Part shown: positions 54,601-64,000 of the stretch, piece by piece
How the letters are laid out: every line of letters starts with the position of its first letter
Position numbering within the stretch: position 1 is the first letter of the stretch
Assembly (NCBI GenBank): GCA_030606335.1
Contig: JAUWGP010000004.1
Span: 10,091-74,090 of the forward strand
Length of the DNA: 64,000 nt
Reading direction: 5' to 3'
Origin: a candidate division WOR-3 bacterium
GTDB taxonomy: Bacteria > Hydrothermota > UBA3073
Made by a program: the position numbers and the translations under genes
Notes under the pieces: generated by a model
The model's database searches: none
Told to the model about the DNA's origin: nothing
What the model saw: only the letters and a program-made list of their open reading frames with translations

Positions 54601-56298
54601 ATGCAGGGTAAATTGTATATACCTCTAGAGAAAGAGGATGAGATGGTTTCAGTTCTCTTAGAAAGTTGGGAAAGGGAAAAAGGGAAGAAGAATATCATAC
54701 TTCACATACCCCTGGAAGGAATAAAGAAGTTCCCAGCTTTATATCCTTTAGGTGTTTTGGGTGTTGACTGGCCAGGTATGCTTGAAACAGTGACGAGTGT
54801 GGTGCATAACCTTGATTGGAACATTTGTTATATAAGAGGGTTTACATTAAAACGGGATGGGAGTTCACTTTTTCTGTTCCTGTTGGGGGTAGAAATAATA
54901 TCCTTGGATTTGTATAAAAAGTTTAAGGGAGATAGAGTGTATATAAAGAGAACTCTGGAATTGTTGACAGAAGGTCATGGAGGGGTTAAACAGAAGGTTT
55001 TATTAAAGGAGTTAAGAAAGTTACCGAGACTTGAAGAAACACTACAATGTATGAGAGATATGTTAGGTGGAAGCATAAAAGAGGAACTTGAAGAGGAAAC
55101 ACTGAAGTTTTTCGTAGGTAGGACAGAGGATTATCTTAGTAAAAGGGCTCCCAAATATCTTGCAAGGCAGATTTTTGCGAACTATCGAATGAAGAAGAAA
55201 GTTAGGGACTCTGGTGGTGTATCCCAGGTGAATGTTGATATCTATAAAATTAAGAACGAGAAGTATACTGGTGTATCGATTTCTGGTTTATTAAGGGATC
55301 TCTCTTTAACAGACTGTCTGGAAACTATAGAAGAGTTATTTCCTGGAAGCACAATTATATACAGCAAGGAATTCATAACAAGTGATGGAATAACGAACTA
55401 CAGGATAGAGCTTGAGAGAACACCAAAAAACAGGGCAAAATTGGAAAAGACTCTCAAGGATGTGGTGAGAGGAAGAAAGATGAAACGTCAGATATTTATT
55501 GAGGAAAAGGGAGGTGTTGAACAGTATGCAAGGATTATAATACCACATCTAATTAAAGAAAATGCAATATCAGGTATACCCCAGGTTTTTATTGTGCCTC
55601 TTACTCAGACTAAGGATTCGATGTCATTGAAATTGATTATAGTGCACAAAGAGGGTGAAATTAGGAAGATAGTGCATGGACTACAAAAGGTAAATAAGTT
55701 TTCTGTGAAGACAGTTCATCCTACGAGAAATATGCAGGATACAAAGCTGGATATGTTAGATATTGATATACCGAAAGAAATGTTGGAAGATAGAGAAAAG
55801 GTTTATCCTGCAATAAAATCTGTTATACATGAGGAAATTGGTACTTTTAGAGATTTTGACGAGGGTATGCGCACCCTGGATATGACGAAGTTAAAGCAGG
55901 TTGAAAAGATTACGAAGACAACTGTCCCTAAAAATTTCCTCAGGAGTATATATTATAATCTTGAAGGCTTCTATAGGGTCAGGGCATCTGTGAATGAGAT
56001 TACAACACTTGTTAGGATGGGATACTCCCTGTATAAAAGAGGCATCAAAAGACCTGAAGTATTACATGTCGTGACCAGAGAGGAACAATCAAATCATAAG
56101 TTTGCACTTTTGGGGGTTGCAACCAAAAAAAACATTCTTGCTGATGTCCTCGAACTTATGTCATCATACAAAACCACAACTTCGAGTGTCAATATAGGGA
56201 ATATGTATTTTCACCTCTTTAGACTTGAAAAGAGTGAAGGTCAAATAACAAGAAATGAGTTGAACAGACTTGTCTATTCTATAAAGAGGCTTGTATGA
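54601..56298 (+). CDS. hypothetical protein (565 aa), possible N-terminal ACT-like domain
   Basis: Long uninterrupted ORF. LGVLGVDWPGMLETVTSVVHNLDWNI resembles an ACT strand-helix. No family recognised. Confidence 0.5.
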   Translation: MQGKLYIPLEKEDEMVSVLLESWEREKGKKNIILHIPLEGIKKFPALYPLGVLGVDWPGMLETVTSVVHNLDWNICYIRGFTLKRDGSSLFLFLLGVEIISLDLYKKFKGDRVYIKRTLELLTEGHGGVKQKVLLKELRKLPRLEETLQCMRDMLGGSIKEELEEETLKFFVGRTEDYLSKRAPKYLARQIFANYRMKKKVRDSGGVSQVNVDIYKIKNEKYTGVSISGLLRDLSLTDCLETIEELFPGSTIIYSKEFITSDGITNYRIELERTPKNRAKLEKTLKDVVRGRKMKRQIFIEEKGGVEQYARIIIPHLIKENAISGIPQVFIVPLTQTKDSMSLKLIIVHKEGEIRKIVHGLQKVNKFSVKTVHPTRNMQDTKLDMLDIDIPKEMLEDREKVYPAIKSVIHEEIGTFRDFDEGMRTLDMTKLKQVEKITKTTVPKNFLRSIYYNLEGFYRVRASVNEITTLVRMGYSLYKRGIKRPEVLHVVTREEQSNHKFALLGVATKKNILADVLELMSSYKTTTSSVNIGNMYFHLFRLEKSEGQITRNELNRLVYSIKRLV

Positions 56299-57278
56299 AA
56301 TATATATTGATTCTGATTTCTATCCTTTGTGTTTCAGTACTCACTGTAAATTGTGTTAAAAGATTGAATAAAGCTGGAGGAGACGAGACAGAGATTATAG
56401 TATTCGCAGATGAAGAAACATTCAATGTAATTGAAGAAGAATTATCCTCTGCATTGGAACGTGAGGTTTTTACACCTACGAAAGAGATAATATTTACATT
56501 AAAACCAAAATTACCCTCTGAAATTGCGATGTATGGTAGAAGAAGGAATGTACTTATGGTGGATATAGTTAACAAACCATTTATTGATTCCGTACTTTCA
56601 CTATCTGCAAAGGGAGATGTAAATAAAGGGAAGACATTTGTTTTTGGAGAGAAGGATATATTTGCGAAAGGACAATCAGTATTAGTGGTGAGTGCAAGGA
56701 ATTTAGATGAGTTGAGAGAGGTAATAAGAGTTAATAATGATGTGATATTCACATATTTTTTTCAAGCAATATTACAGCGCATTCGTGATGTGCTTTATAA
56801 GGATAGTTTCCAGGAAGAACTCGGAGAAAGATTGTCTCTGTCATACAACTTCACCATAGATATTCCTCCAGGTTGGAAGATAGAGGAACATGGAGAGAAG
56901 CGACTATTAAAGATATATCGACATTATCCTGATAGATTCATCACCATATACTGGGAGTATTCCCCAAGACCTCTCCTCTCGTTTGATGAAGCTTGTGATT
57001 TAAGGAATAGTATCTGTGTTGAGCTACATGATGGAGATAAAGTAGATAGAGAGAGAAGCAGAATGTTTAATGTAGACTTTCAAAATATGAATGCGCAGAA
57101 ACTTGAGGGTACATGGGAGAATGATGAACTGGTAATGGGCGGTCCTTTCAGGACATACATTTTTTCTACTGATGAGGCGTTCTATTTCATAGATGTGTAT
57201 GTATTTGCTCCAGGTGAAAAAAAATGGATACCTCTTCATCAACTTGCGAGCATAATATCTACCTGGAGAGAGGAGTGA
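56295..57278 (+). CDS. hypothetical lipoprotein (possibly DUF4837-like)
   Basis: Lipobox-like LTVNC with 4-nt overlap with the upstream gene. Family guess is weak. Confidence 0.5.
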   Translation: MKYILILISILCVSVLTVNCVKRLNKAGGDETEIIVFADEETFNVIEEELSSALEREVFTPTKEIIFTLKPKLPSEIAMYGRRRNVLMVDIVNKPFIDSVLSLSAKGDVNKGKTFVFGEKDIFAKGQSVLVVSARNLDELREVIRVNNDVIFTYFFQAILQRIRDVLYKDSFQEELGERLSLSYNFTIDIPPGWKIEEHGEKRLLKIYRHYPDRFITIYWEYSPRPLLSFDEACDLRNSICVELHDGDKVDRERSRMFNVDFQNMNAQKLEGTWENDELVMGGPFRTYIFSTDEAFYFIDVYVFAPGEKKWIPLHQLASIISTWREE

Positions 57279-57479
57279 CAATTGACGATTGTCGATTGTC
57301 GATTGAAGATTGCAGAATGATTATTGACAAATGATAAATGAAATAAATCTAAAATTGATAGGGTATTTTTCAATTTAAAATATAAAATCGAAAATCTAAA
57401 ATTAAAAGAGATTTACAGCGTTCTTTACTCTTACTACGGGTCTCAAAATTGGTGGCCTGCAGGTTCTCCCTTTGAGGTT

Positions 57480-58025
57480 ATGGTTGGAGCAATCCTTACT
57501 CAAAACGCGAACTGGAAGAATGTCGAGAAGGCAATTATAAACCTTGAGCCCTATCTTGATCCATTTGTGCTCTTTAATATGGATATCGAAAAGCTTGCTT
57601 CTCTTATAAAGCCATCAGGTTATTATAGACTTAAGGCGCAAAGGCTGAAGAATTTCATTTCTTTTTTTATAGAAAGATTCAGCGGAAGCGTGAACGATAT
57701 GAAGAAGATGAAACTTAAGGAACTACGAAAGGAATTATTGACAGTACCTGGAGTAGGAAGAGAAACCTGCGATTCGATACTGTTGTATGCACTTTCGAAA
57801 CCTGTGTTTGTTGTGGATGCATATACAAAGAGGATAGGTGTTAGGCATGGTTTGTTTGGTGACAAGGTTGGTTATGAGGAGATTAGAAAGAGGTTTGAGG
57901 AAGAGATAGGTAGAGATGTATATATATATAACGAGTTTCATGCTCTTCTTGTAAAAGTAGGAAAGGAAAAATGTAAGAAGAGAGAGTCCAAGTGTAAGAC
58001 CTGTCCGTTGGAGAGTTTTTTATAA
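57480..58025 (+). CDS. endonuclease III-related HhH-GPD base-excision protein (N-terminus probably longer than the first ATG)
   Basis: VGAILTQNANWKNVEKAI, HhH motif LLTVPGVGRETCDSILLYA, VVDAYTKRI. The family-typical IYSVLYSYYGSQNWWPAGSPFEV is encoded in frame upstream of ATG 57480. Confidence 0.75.
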   Translation: MVGAILTQNANWKNVEKAIINLEPYLDPFVLFNMDIEKLASLIKPSGYYRLKAQRLKNFISFFIERFSGSVNDMKKMKLKELRKELLTVPGVGRETCDSILLYALSKPVFVVDAYTKRIGVRHGLFGDKVGYEEIRKRFEEEIGRDVYIYNEFHALLVKVGKEKCKKRESKCKTCPLESFL

Positions 58026-58067
58026 GGTTTTATTTAATAACAATTTACAAATGGAGACGATGATACT

Positions 58068-59957
58068 ATGAAATTATGGAAAAAACCCAAAAATAAAGGT
58101 AACCCACCATCCGGTAAACCCAAAGGTATGCCGCCCAAATATTCTATAATTCGTGGTTTGATTCTGTGGTTAGCATTTTTCGTTATTCTTTCTCTATTTT
58201 TTAGATTTACCAGTAGGGAAGGAATTTCTTCTGCGAAGATTCCTTATTCCACTTTCTACAGTGAGGTGAAAGAAGGAAATGTAAAGAGAATATCGATTTC
58301 TGAACTGACAGTCAAGGGAGAGTTTCATACTCCTATTATTGTTGACGAAAGGTCATATGAGGGATTTGTAACTATACTGCCTTATGAGGATAAGGATTTG
58401 GTAAAGGAAGTTTTGGAGAGTGGTGTTGTCGTAAATGTTGAGACTGCAAGATTCTGGAGGAATGCACTACCATGGATAATTATGCTACTTTTTATAGGCT
58501 TCTGGATATTCTTTATATTTCAGATGCAATCGGCGCCAAGGGGTGCAGCAGCTTTTGGAAGGAGCAAGGCTAAGCCAGTATCAGATGATACACCGAAAGT
58601 AACATTTGATGATGTTGCAGGTATTGATGAGGCAAAGGAGGAATTAAAGGAGGTTATTGAGTTTTTGAAAAACCCGCAAAAATTCACCTCTCTCGGTGCA
58701 AAGGTGCCAAAGGGTGTGTTATTAATTGGACCTCCTGGCACAGGCAAGACGCTTCTTGCAAGAGCTGTAGCAGGTGAGGCGGACGTGCCCTTCTTCTCTA
58801 TGTCTGGTTCAGACTTCGTTGAACTCTTTGTAGGCGTTGGTGCAGCAAGGGTAAGAGATCTATTTGATAAGGGGAAAAAGAACAACCCAAGTATTATATT
58901 CATAGATGAGCTTGATGCCGTTGGCAGACACAGAGGCGCAGGTATAGGTGGTGGACATGATGAAAGAGAACAAACCCTGAATGCACTCCTTGTTGAGCTG
59001 GATGGTTTTGAGGCTAATAAGGGAGTTATAGTAATGGCTGCTACAAATCGTCCGGATGTGTTAGATCCTGCGCTTCTCAGACCAGGGAGGTTTGACAGAA
59101 GGGTGGTGGTGGACAGACCAGATATAAGGGGAAGGGAGGCAATATTCAAGGTGCATACAAAGAATATACCTCTTGCAAAGAATATAAACCTTTCCACAAT
59201 TGCACGGACCACACCAGGATTCTCAGGTGCAGATATTGCTAATCTGGTTAATGAGGCTGCTTTGATTGCTGCAAAGAAGGGAAGAAAAAAGGTTTTGATG
59301 CGTGACTTCGAGGAAGCGAGAGATAAGGTTCTTATGGGTGTCGAACGAAAGAGTCTTGTTATAAAAGAGGATGAGAAAAGGAATATTGCTTATCATGAGT
59401 CAGGACATGCCATTGTAGGAAAATTCTTAAAGGAGGCTGATCCCATACATAAGGTCTCCATAGTTCCAAGAGGACTTGCACTCGGTATGACGCAACCCCT
59501 TCCTGTCGATGACAGGCATAATTTCTCAAGAGAGTATTGTAAGGCACAACTTGTTTCACTTCTTGGTGGTAGGGCATCAGAGATTGAGGCATTGAACACA
59601 TTAACAACAGGTGCAGGTAACGATATTGAAAAGGCTACCGAACTTGCAAGGAAGATGGTTTGCGAATGGGGTATGAGCGAGAAGATTGGTGCTGTAACCT
59701 TTGGAAAGAGAGAAAAGGAGGTATTTCTCGGAAGGGATATAGCTACCCGTAATGATTATTCTGAGGAAACCTCACGTGAGATAGACAGTGAGATAAGGAG
59801 GTTTGTAGATGAGGCAGAAAAAACTGCAAGGGTCATTGTAAAGAAGCACAGAAAGGTTTTAGAAAAGATGGTAGAGAAACTACTTGAAAAAGAGGTGCTG
59901 ACAGGTGAGGAGTTAGACACAATTGTTATAGAGGTAGAGGGGAAAAGAGTAACCTGA
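58068..59957 (+). CDS. ftsH: ATP-dependent zinc metalloprotease FtsH
   Basis: [30 protein letters not shown] motif [20 protein letters not shown], Zn site HESGHA. Confidence 0.95.
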   Translation: MKLWKKPKNKGNPPSGKPKGMPPKYSIIRGLILWLAFFVILSLFFRFTSREGISSAKIPYSTFYSEVKEGNVKRISISELTVKGEFHTPIIVDERSYEGFVTILPYEDKDLVKEVLESGVVVNVETARFWRNALPWIIMLLFIGFWIFFIFQMQSAPRGAAAFGRSKAKPVSDDTPKVTFDDVAGIDEAKEELKEVIEFLKNPQKFTSLGAKVPKGVLLIGPPGTGKTLLARAVAGEADVPFFSMSGSDFVELFVGVGAARVRDLFDKGKKNNPSIIFIDELDAVGRHRGAGIGGGHDEREQTLNALLVELDGFEANKGVIVMAATNRPDVLDPALLRPGRFDRRVVVDRPDIRGREAIFKVHTKNIPLAKNINLSTIARTTPGFSGADIANLVNEAALIAAKKGRKKVLMRDFEEARDKVLMGVERKSLVIKEDEKRNIAYHESGHAIVGKFLKEADPIHKVSIVPRGLALGMTQPLPVDDRHNFSREYCKAQLVSLLGGRASEIEALNTLTTGAGNDIEKATELARKMVCEWGMSEKIGAVTFGKREKEVFLGRDIATRNDYSEETSREIDSEIRRFVDEAEKTARVIVKKHRKVLEKMVEKLLEKEVLTGEELDTIVIEVEGKRVT

Positions 59958-60039
59958 TTTTTATAAGGTGAAATGGAGAATAGGGAGAAGAGGAGAACTT
60001 ACCTGTTGCTGGGATAAAATTTATTTTTATATGGTTATA

Positions 60040-60508
60040 AACCCTGACTGCCGTCAGGTAGGCGTTCCTACACAGCTAATGCGACGATGCGATCGCAACA
60101 CGTGTTTGTCATTGCGAGGAGTGGTAGCGACGAAGCAATCGCAGCACACATTTGTCATTGCGAGGAGTGAAGCGACGAAGCAATCTCATCTCTCAGCATT
60201 CTATGGAGTGCATTATGGAGTGCCCCGCCTTAGCGGGGCCCTACTGTGACGCGGTCACAGTACTCCAAAAGGGCACCACTGTGACCCCATAGAGTATTCC
60301 TCTACAGGGTAAACGCGGTCACAGTACTCCAAAGTTACATAATGGTAGCCGCAGGCTTTATGCCTGCGAATGAAACGAATGAGATTGCCGCATTCACTTT
60401 GTTCATTCGCAATGACAGATACCGATTGAATGCGTAAAAATGGGGTAGCAGGCAGTTACTCAATGATTAATGTAAAAAAATGGAGTGCCCCGCCTTGGCG
60501 GGGCAAGA
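60040..60508. repeat. mosaic palindromic repeat cluster reaching to 3 nt before the folE ATG
   Basis: Contains cctgactgccgtcagg, two gtcattgcgagg...gaagcaatc units, tatggagtg units, ccccgccttagcggggc twice, and ctgtgacc...ggtcacag modules. Confidence 0.9.
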
Positions 60509-60510
60509 AT

Positions 60511-61080
60511 ATGATAAATAAGAAACTTATAGAAAAATCAGTCAAAGATTTTCTTATAGCCATAAGAGAAGACCCTGATAGGGAAGGTCTTAAAGATACA
60601 CCCAGGAGGGTTGCAGAGATGGCGGAGGAGCTCTTCTTAGGGGTTGGTGTTGACCCCAAGGAGGAATTAAAGTGTTATACAACCAGGAATGAAGATGAGA
60701 TGATTCTAATCAGGGATATACCCTTCTATTCTATATGTGAACATCACCTGCTACCGTTTATTGGTAAGGTTCATCTGGCATATATACCAAACGAGAACAG
60801 GATTACAGGATACTCGAGCCTCGTCAGGTTAGTCGAAGTTATGGCTAAACGTCCGCAGCTTCAGGAGAGACTAACAACGGATATCGCCGATGCGATAATG
60901 GATACACTAAAGCCCAAAGGAGTTCTCGTTGTAATTGAGGCAGAACATCTTTGTATGACAATGAGAGGGGTTAGAAAACCAGGACATATAGCGATAACAT
61001 CTGCAATGAGAGGGATAATGCGTAAACCCGCAACCAGGGCTGAGGCATTTGCACTAATAAAGGACAGTGGCAGGAGGTGA
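60511..61080 (+). CDS. folE: GTP cyclohydrolase I FolE
   Basis: REGLKDTPRRVAEM, FYSICEHHLLPFIGKVHLAYIP, RPQLQERLT, EAEHLCMTMRGV. The ORF-track start at 60430 runs through repeat sequence. Confidence 0.9.
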   Translation: MINKKLIEKSVKDFLIAIREDPDREGLKDTPRRVAEMAEELFLGVGVDPKEELKCYTTRNEDEMILIRDIPFYSICEHHLLPFIGKVHLAYIPNENRITGYSSLVRLVEVMAKRPQLQERLTTDIADAIMDTLKPKGVLVVIEAEHLCMTMRGVRKPGHIAITSAMRGIMRKPATRAEAFALIKDSGRR

Positions 61081-61161
61081 TAGGTTTTTTTGTTGATTGT
61101 TTACCTTACTTGGTTGTACTGGTTTAGCAGATAGTATAATAAAACTTATTTTATGTTAATT

Positions 61162-61192
61162 ATGACAGGCATTAAATTCCTGTCATTTTTTA
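61162..61192 (+). terminator. rho-independent terminator after folE
   Basis: ATGACAGG-cattaaatt-CCTGTCAT followed by TTTTTTATTT. Confidence 0.6.
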
Positions 61193-61204
61193 TTTGTCTT
61201 ATTT

Positions 61205-61960
61205 TGGGGTATCCCGTAGGGTATTTTATGGAGTGTTCTATGTAGTGCATTATGGAGTGCATTATGTAGTGCATTATGGAGTGCATTAACCGTGTTAATG
61301 CACCACTGTGACCCCATAGAGTATTCCTCTACAGGGTAAACGCGGTCACAGCACTCCAAAAGGGTATCACTGTGACCCCATAGAGTAATCCTCTACAGGG
61401 TAAAACGCGGTCACAGCACTCCAAAAGGGTACCACTGTGACCCCATAGAGTAATCCTCTACAGGGTAGACATATCATTGAAATTTTTGGAGTACCCCGCC
61501 AAGGCGGGGTAAGCAATAACACGGTTATTGCACTCCAAAGTTGTTAAAAAATGGTAGCCGTAGGCTTCGGGGCACCACGCCAAAGGCGGGGTCGTGCGAA
61601 TTAAAGATGATGAGTCCTGTCATTGCGAGTCCATACGGACGAAGCAATCTCATGTACCACCCTGTCATTGCGAGGAGTGAAAATAACGAAGCAATCGCAT
61701 GTACCACCCTGTCATTGCGAGGAGTGAAAATAACGAAGCAATCGCATGTACCACCCTGTCATTGCGAGTCCATACGGACGAAGCAATCTTATTTTATGGT
61801 ATTATGTAATAAAAGATTTAAATGCTGTATTGCATTACCAAGGTAATGCACTCCGGAAAAACAACAGATTGATAACAAGAGATGAGATTGCCGCGCTCAT
61901 CCCCCAAGTTACAGAAGGATAGGTCATTGCGAGTCCATACGGACGAAGCAATCTCATATA
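61205..61960. repeat. largest mosaic repeat cluster (~750 bp): five 11-bp units, three ctgtgacc...ggtcacag modules, and a four-unit family-A tandem array
   Basis: See findings. 61227-61281 is (tatgKagtgca) x5. 61616-61792 is a 45/47/47/38-bp array with ABBA loop variants. Confidence 0.9.
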
Positions 61961-62108
61961 AAGGAGATAAAAAACAGTAGATTAACGGCTGTTAAATATA
62001 ATAATTAAAAGTTTACATTCAATTAAAAGGATTATAAAATACGTGTAAAATTTAATAATATTGAAAATATTAGAGTAATTTTTAGATAAAGATATTAAAT
62101 TTTTTTCT

Positions 62109-62137
62109 TGACTTTTATATCATTTTATACTATACTA
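62109..62137 (+). promoter_or_regulatory. promoter TTGACT-17-TATACT
   Basis: -35 at 62109-62114 and -10 at 62132-62137. This would give a ~310-nt leader before ATG 62454. Confidence 0.4.
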
Positions 62138-62453
62138 TATATAGTATATGCGTATTAACATACAGTTGATATATTAGAACACTTAATAACAAGGTTTAAA
62201 ATATTGAAGTCATATCTCCTTATAGTCTAAAGCTAATATTCCAGTAATAGAAATATATACACATTTGTATTAGTAAGGGAATAAATAGTCCTCTACAAAT
62301 CCTATTACCATTAGAGTAGCTCTCCTATAGCTCTGAAACACCAAAAGAAGAATAATAACCAAATTCATTTAGTCATATAAGCATAGTGTGTTATATGCTT
62401 ATTCTTTCAGTAACTCAGACAGGAAACAAGCAAATAGTATGGGAGGTAACAAA

Positions 62454-62816
62454 ATGGAAAAGGTAAAGATATTAGTAGTTGAAGATCAAAGTATTATTGC
62501 AAAGGATATACAGATGAGATTGAATGGTATGGGCTACGATGTTCCTGTTATCGCTTTTTCGGGTGAGGAGGCTGTTAAAATGACAGAGGAAATACAACCA
62601 GATTTAGTACTGATGGACATAGTTATTCCATTGATGGATGGTATTGAGGTAACGAGAGAGATATTGAAAATAGACTCAGGGGCAAAGGTATTGGCACAGA
62701 CGGCATATGCCAGTACAAAGGGTAAAGAAATTTTAGAAGCTGGTGCTTTAGATGTCATAGAAAAACCATTCGACTTGAAAAAGTTACAAGATACCATAAA
62801 AAAGTATCTTAAATGA
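62454..62816 (+). CDS. single-domain response regulator (CheY-like receiver)
   Basis: ILVVEDQ, LVLMDIVIP, AQTAYAS, ALDVIEKPF. ATG 62454 follows GGGAGGT. Confidence 0.8.
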   Translation: MEKVKILVVEDQSIIAKDIQMRLNGMGYDVPVIAFSGEEAVKMTEEIQPDLVLMDIVIPLMDGIEVTREILKIDSGAKVLAQTAYASTKGKEILEAGALDVIEKPFDLKKLQDTIKKYLK

Positions 62817-62825
62817 ACTCGTTTC

Positions 62826-62966
62826 GGAATACCCCGCCAAGGCAGGATGTGCAATGACAGCTGGCGGGGTGAGATTGCCGCGCTCCTGTTAGTCGCTCGC
62901 AATGACACCACCCTTCCTGTCATTGCGAGGAGTCCGTCGGTTGACGGACGACGAAGCAATCTCATA
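62826..62966. repeat. family C/A repeat cluster
   Basis: ccccgccaaggcagg, gagattgccgcgctcctgttagtcgctcgcaatgaca, gtcattgcgaggagtccgtcggttgacggacgacgaagcaatctcat. Confidence 0.85.
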
Positions 62967-63047
62967 TAAGGAAGGATTAGTTAAAAAGAAAATTAGATAG
63001 GTACGTGCATTTTTAAAGACAAGAAATAATCTAAAAAAGGAAAATAA

Positions 63048-64000
63048 ATGAAGATAAAAATAAAAATACCTATCATCATATTCTCAATTGTATTAATCAT
63101 TGGTTTGGTTATAACCATAGTTAGTCAGACCATATTAAGAAATATTGTTCAACAACAGGTTTTCAGGCATTTAGAGACCACTGCACAGTCAAGAGTGGCT
63201 CATATTGAGCCTTTTTTGGATATACAAAAAAAGAGTACATTGCAGTTATCAGAAAGTATTGTTATTGAAAGATTATTGATTTCGAACAGAACAGATAAAG
63301 ACTATAACGATAGATTAAATGACGTTATAACCAGGTTTAAAAATTCTGCGAGTATCAATGAAGAAATATATGATATATTCGTTACTGATACCAATGGAGT
63401 GATTATCGCTTCAAACATTGAAGAAAGACATGGTTTAGATAGGAGCGATGACCCCTGTTTTATCTATGGAAAAAAGGGAGTTTACATAAAAGATGCCTAT
63501 TTTTCTCGATTTTTTATGGAACAACCTTCGCTTGCTTTTTCAGCACCAGTTTTTGAGGATGTAACTAATAATTTATTGGGTGTTGTAGTTATTAGAATCA
63601 AATTGTATCCCTTGAACGATATAATGACATATAGAACTGGATTAGGAGAAACTGGAGAGATATACCTATTAAACAAAGACGGATATATGATTACTCCCTC
63701 AAGGTTTATAGATAATACATTCCTTAAACAAAAGGTTGAAACAGAGAATGCACGAAATTGCTTTAAAGATGTCGAACAATTTGGTTCAGAAAAGCATGAA
63801 TATAGGGCTATTTTATGCGAAAATTATCTGGGTAAGAGTGTTCTCGGGATTCATGCACACATACCGGAGACGGGCTGGTGTTTGCTGGCAGAGATGAGCG
63901 AGAAGGAGGCATTTGCTTCAATAATTAAGCTAACTCACACAAGGATATTAATTCTTACAGTTTTTTTAGTTGGTGGTATAATACTTTCTATAATACTGTC
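63048..64000 (+). CDS. membrane sensor with Cache-like extracytoplasmic domain (3' end outside window; probably a kinase, MCP or cyclase N-terminus)
   Basis: Not in the ORF track because it has no stop in the window. ATG 63048, TM IIIFSIVLIIGLVITIV, ~270-aa domain (IFVTDTNGVIIASN...LLGVVVIRIKL...GETGEIYLLNKDGYMITPSR), and a second TM at the window edge. Confidence 0.6.
   Translation, partial: MKIKIKIPIIIFSIVLIIGLVITIVSQTILRNIVQQQVFRHLETTAQSRVAHIEPFLDIQKKSTLQLSESIVIERLLISNRTDKDYNDRLNDVITRFKNSASINEEIYDIFVTDTNGVIIASNIEERHGLDRSDDPCFIYGKKGVYIKDAYFSRFFMEQPSLAFSAPVFEDVTNNLLGVVVIRIKLYPLNDIMTYRTGLGETGEIYLLNKDGYMITPSRFIDNTFLKQKVETENARNCFKDVEQFGSEKHEYRAILCENYLGKSVLGIHAHIPETGWCLLAEMSEKEAFASIIKLTHTRILILTVFLVGGIILSIIL

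Noticed and set aside
60430-60510. N-terminal extension of folE (ORF track start 60430), and the similar extension of the lipoprotein gene to 7447
   Set aside because: The extensions translate repeat sequence (GGAGTGCCCCGCCTTGGCGGGGC) or a second hydrophobic stretch. Family-typical N-termini begin at ATG 60511 (MINKKLIEKSVKDFL) and at the lipobox signal starting at 7354.
61965-62453. Possible structured ncRNA or riboswitch in the long leader of the receiver gene
   Set aside because: I could not recognise any known riboswitch or RNA-family core sequence or a convincing conserved stem pattern by eye. It is noted only as AT-rich, repeat-free DNA in the leader finding.

Overview
AT-rich 64-kb chromosomal window from what looks like an uncultivated Gram-negative bacterium. 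T9SS-type C-terminal sorting domains, a PEGA-domain kinase and a DGGGPS-like prenyltransferase suggest an FCB-superphylum-related candidate lineage, but that placement is inference only. I support about 58 CDS and 3 tRNAs (Ser-CGA, Leu-TAG, Glu-CTC). No rRNA, CRISPR/cas, transposase, integrase or recognisable defence genes were seen. The main feature is one contiguous ~21.5-kb type IVa pilus locus (13071-34500): pilB, pilT, pilC, pilA, pilD, fused pilM-pilN, pilO, AMIN-PilP, pilQ, three minor pilins and vWA-PilY1. Atypical regulatory genes sit inside it: two TPR proteins, a stand-alone MshEN/T2SSE_N protein, an MshEN domain fused to a DnaA-type AAA+ module with no DNA-binding domain, and a REC-DUF4388x2-(E/K/R helix)-Roadblock protein with a stand-alone Roadblock paralog. 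A second DUF4388/Roadblock operon lies at 41252-42481, and no MglA-like GTPase is visible in the window. Housekeeping genes include tsaB, nfeD, miaA, rodA, der, plsY, priA (helicase motifs degenerate), ftsH and folE. Also present are a PLD-nuclease / degenerate metallophosphoesterase / ABC-permease operon and a LivK-like binding protein fused to a TonB C-terminal domain. Nearly every long intergenic spacer (very roughly 10 percent of the window, estimated by eye) is filled with mosaic clusters of short palindromic MITE/REP-like modules from several families. These include 11-bp iteron-like arrays, 45-48-bp tandem arrays, a ~130-bp composite that ends exactly at the ATG of two unrelated genes, and a pair of ~400-bp inverted repeats bracketing a 3-gene cassette. 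All functional calls come from motif recognition by eye; no searches were run.
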